Shown here: piece by piece, positions 59,121 through 64,000 of the stretch | Position numbering within the stretch: position 1 is the first letter of the stretch | Layout: every line of letters begins with the position of its first letter | DNA from: the human T2T-CHM13v2.0 reference genome, Homo sapiens | Reading direction: 5' to 3' (one strand) | NCBI RefSeq assembly: GCF_009914755.1 | Contig: NC_060925.1 | DNA length: 64,000 bases | Position numbers and translations under genes: made by a program | Notes under the pieces: model-generated | The model's database searches: none | What the model was told of the DNA's origin: nothing | Seen by the model: only the letters and a program-made list of their open reading frames with translations

Positions 59121-60921
59121 GCTTCTCATTATGCTGAATATAGACCTCATATTGCCAGATATTTTGATTTTAAAAGACAAGCTAGACACTTCCCGATTAA
59201 AACAACTGTGTAAGCCAAATAAAACAAGCTATGGGCCAGGCTGTGGGGGGGCTGCAAACCGTCAGGAAGCTTTGATTTCTTGTGGAAAAGATGAAACATT
59301 GATGATAGTTAATCCCAACACATTGACAAGGAGCGATCCTGGTAACAGAAGATATCTTATATGATATATAAAAATCACAACTGTGAACATATTTGACAAG
59401 GAGAAAAAAAGAACAAACATTCTTAACATACTTGCTTCTGAGTTTTCCCATCTATATTTGCTGGCTATATACTGATTTTCTTAACTTCCTATATTAACCA
59501 GAATAAAACCAGAAAGTTTCAGTAAAAATTATGGGGAAAAAAACTCAAAATAGAAAAAGAAATTCCCATTAATTTTTTTCCCCACTATTTGGAGATAAAA
59601 TCCATTTTCCTAAAGGTACATATTCACCAACTTCCAGAATGCCAATGCCCATGAAGGGTTTTTTGAGCTTTCTGGGGTAGAAATTCATAGTTCTTAAGAC
59701 AACAGGCAAAGCCTGCACAATTTGTTCTCATCCCGACTGTTAGCCTCACCTCCTGTCATTCCCTTTGCTGGTCCGATCATCATACGAAACTATTTTCCTC
59801 CAAAAACATTTCTTTTTTTTTTTGGAAAATTGTATTTCTCGTTGATTAATTGCTTTTACTCTCTTTTCCATTTTTGAAGCTCCTATGCATGCGTTCTTCG
59901 TATCCCAGTTTACATGTTACCTCCCACTAACCTTCAAGCAGAATAAGCTGCCCAGCCCACAACATGCACTTTCAAAGCTCTAAGCCCATATCTTTAGGAA
60001 AACAATTACTATTTTTCTTATAATTATTTGTTTACACATGTTTTGATATTGGGAATCTACCTAAAGCTGTGTTGTGTCACCGATGAGCCATAAAACTTTA
60101 AAAATATCTAGTAGATTGTAGGCTGATAGGGAATATTTGCTGTTTCGCTCTCCCAGAGCCTAGTACACCACCAGAATCATTGCATTGGATTTTTAAATAA
60201 TTTTATTTTTGAATTTTTTGAACAAGTAATACTTTTCACAGTTCAAAATTCAAAAAGCTTAAGTATACAAATGAAAACTTTCCATTATATTCATGTTTCC
60301 AGCCACCCAGTTTCTCTTCTTATTGGTACATGATGTTACTCACTTATGTGGAATGAAGTCCACATTCCTCTGCGTGCAGTATAATTTTTTCTACCATCTG
60401 TGCTTGTTTACCTTCCTAGTACACTCCTCTCTCCTGGCCTTTGCTCTCTACTTTCCAGCCAGGATTGAAGTGGCTATTTCCCGATATGCTACCTTAGCGA
60501 TTTACTGGCTTCTCAAGATCAGACACTCTATCTTCCTCTATCATTATTAAAGACTACATACTAGCATCTAGCGTATAGCAGGGCGTGAATGAAAGTTGCT
60601 CACGCTTGGACAACAACTGACCCTTGTGCTTGTTCTCCTGGAGCCCTTTTGAGCTCTTAGCCGCCTCAGATGTTGTTCTGGGACACACGTTTGGCCGTTG
60701 AGGCATTACTTCCCTGGGTATCCTGATGACAACCCCCAAACCTAACCTAATCTGAATGTGTGTCTTCTCCTTGCAATCTAAAGAGGTGCCCGACTAATAC
60801 ACAAGTAACTCTCCCTGAGCTGAGCTGGTTTGTTCTCCCAGGTCAAATCCTCACAGGGAGGAAGAGAAACTTGTGGGCATGCAGAGATGTTAGTCACTAT
60901 GAATGGATAAAACGGCACAGG

Positions 60922-61215
60922 GATACATATTATACATGTGTATAATATGTATAAATGTTTATATTTATATAATATGTAAGATATAATTTATAGTATGTAT
61001 TATATGTAAATATGTATATATGTAAATATATACTATAAATTATGTATATTCTAAATATATATTTATAATTAATAATTAATTATACTATATAACTATGTAC
61101 TTATATAATATATTTCTATTAAATAAATGTAAATATATAATATATATTTATATTAAATAAATAGAAATATATTACATATAAATCTATATGTATATAAGTG
61201 TGTGTATATATATTT
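60922..61215. repeat. AT-rich degenerate (TA)n low-complexity tract
   Basis: ~290 bp almost exclusively A/T. Confidence 0.9.
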
Positions 61216-61483
61216 TTTGTTACAAGGCCCTAAAGGCCCTAAACAAGGCTACATTGATTTTTAAAAATTAACATTGTACTTACTAATGTTTCAAGTTAAA
61301 AAATATTCTTTAACTTTGAAGATCACTATACATAGCTTATCATTTCATTCTCCCCCTTCCTTCCTTCCTTTCTTGTTTTCAATCACTTTTTTAAGGGGAC
61401 TTTTGTTTTTGACACAGTCTTGCTTTGTCACCCAGGCTGGAGTGCAGTGGCATGATTATAGCTCACTAAAGCCTCAAACTCCT

Positions 61484-64000
<2,517 letters not shown>

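Overview
Repeat-rich primate genomic DNA, almost certainly human chr1q41. I recognise the two-exon gene C1orf115 (RDD1) from its protein sequence, which places the window between MARK1 and MTARC2 by recalled gene order. C1orf115 is the only protein-coding gene: CDS 16108-16416 + 22316-22435 (142 aa), CpG-island promoter, polyA signal at 24835. The rest is Alu, L1, L2/MIR and LTR elements. Nearly all other listed ORFs are Alu, L1 or simple-repeat artefacts. I see no evidence of a new multi-gene system. The most interesting structures are: (1) a nested locus at 41.6-49.6 kb in which an old L1 holds a minus-strand MER4A provirus with a near-precise 1.63-kb internal inversion, which in turn holds a 3'-truncated Harlequin/HERV-E provirus retaining its LTR2, PBS-Glu and splice donor; (2) two local templated insertions with visible donors (38338 to 27883; Alu 2599 to 6801); (3) a TSD-flanked retroposed non-TE fragment at 5.25-5.89 kb; (4) an L1 target site used twice; (5) a convergent CTCF-like motif pair; (6) RVxF and sorting motifs in C1orf115. 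Repeat subfamily names come from memory of consensus sequences, not from a RepeatMasker run, and boundaries without a TSD are approximate.
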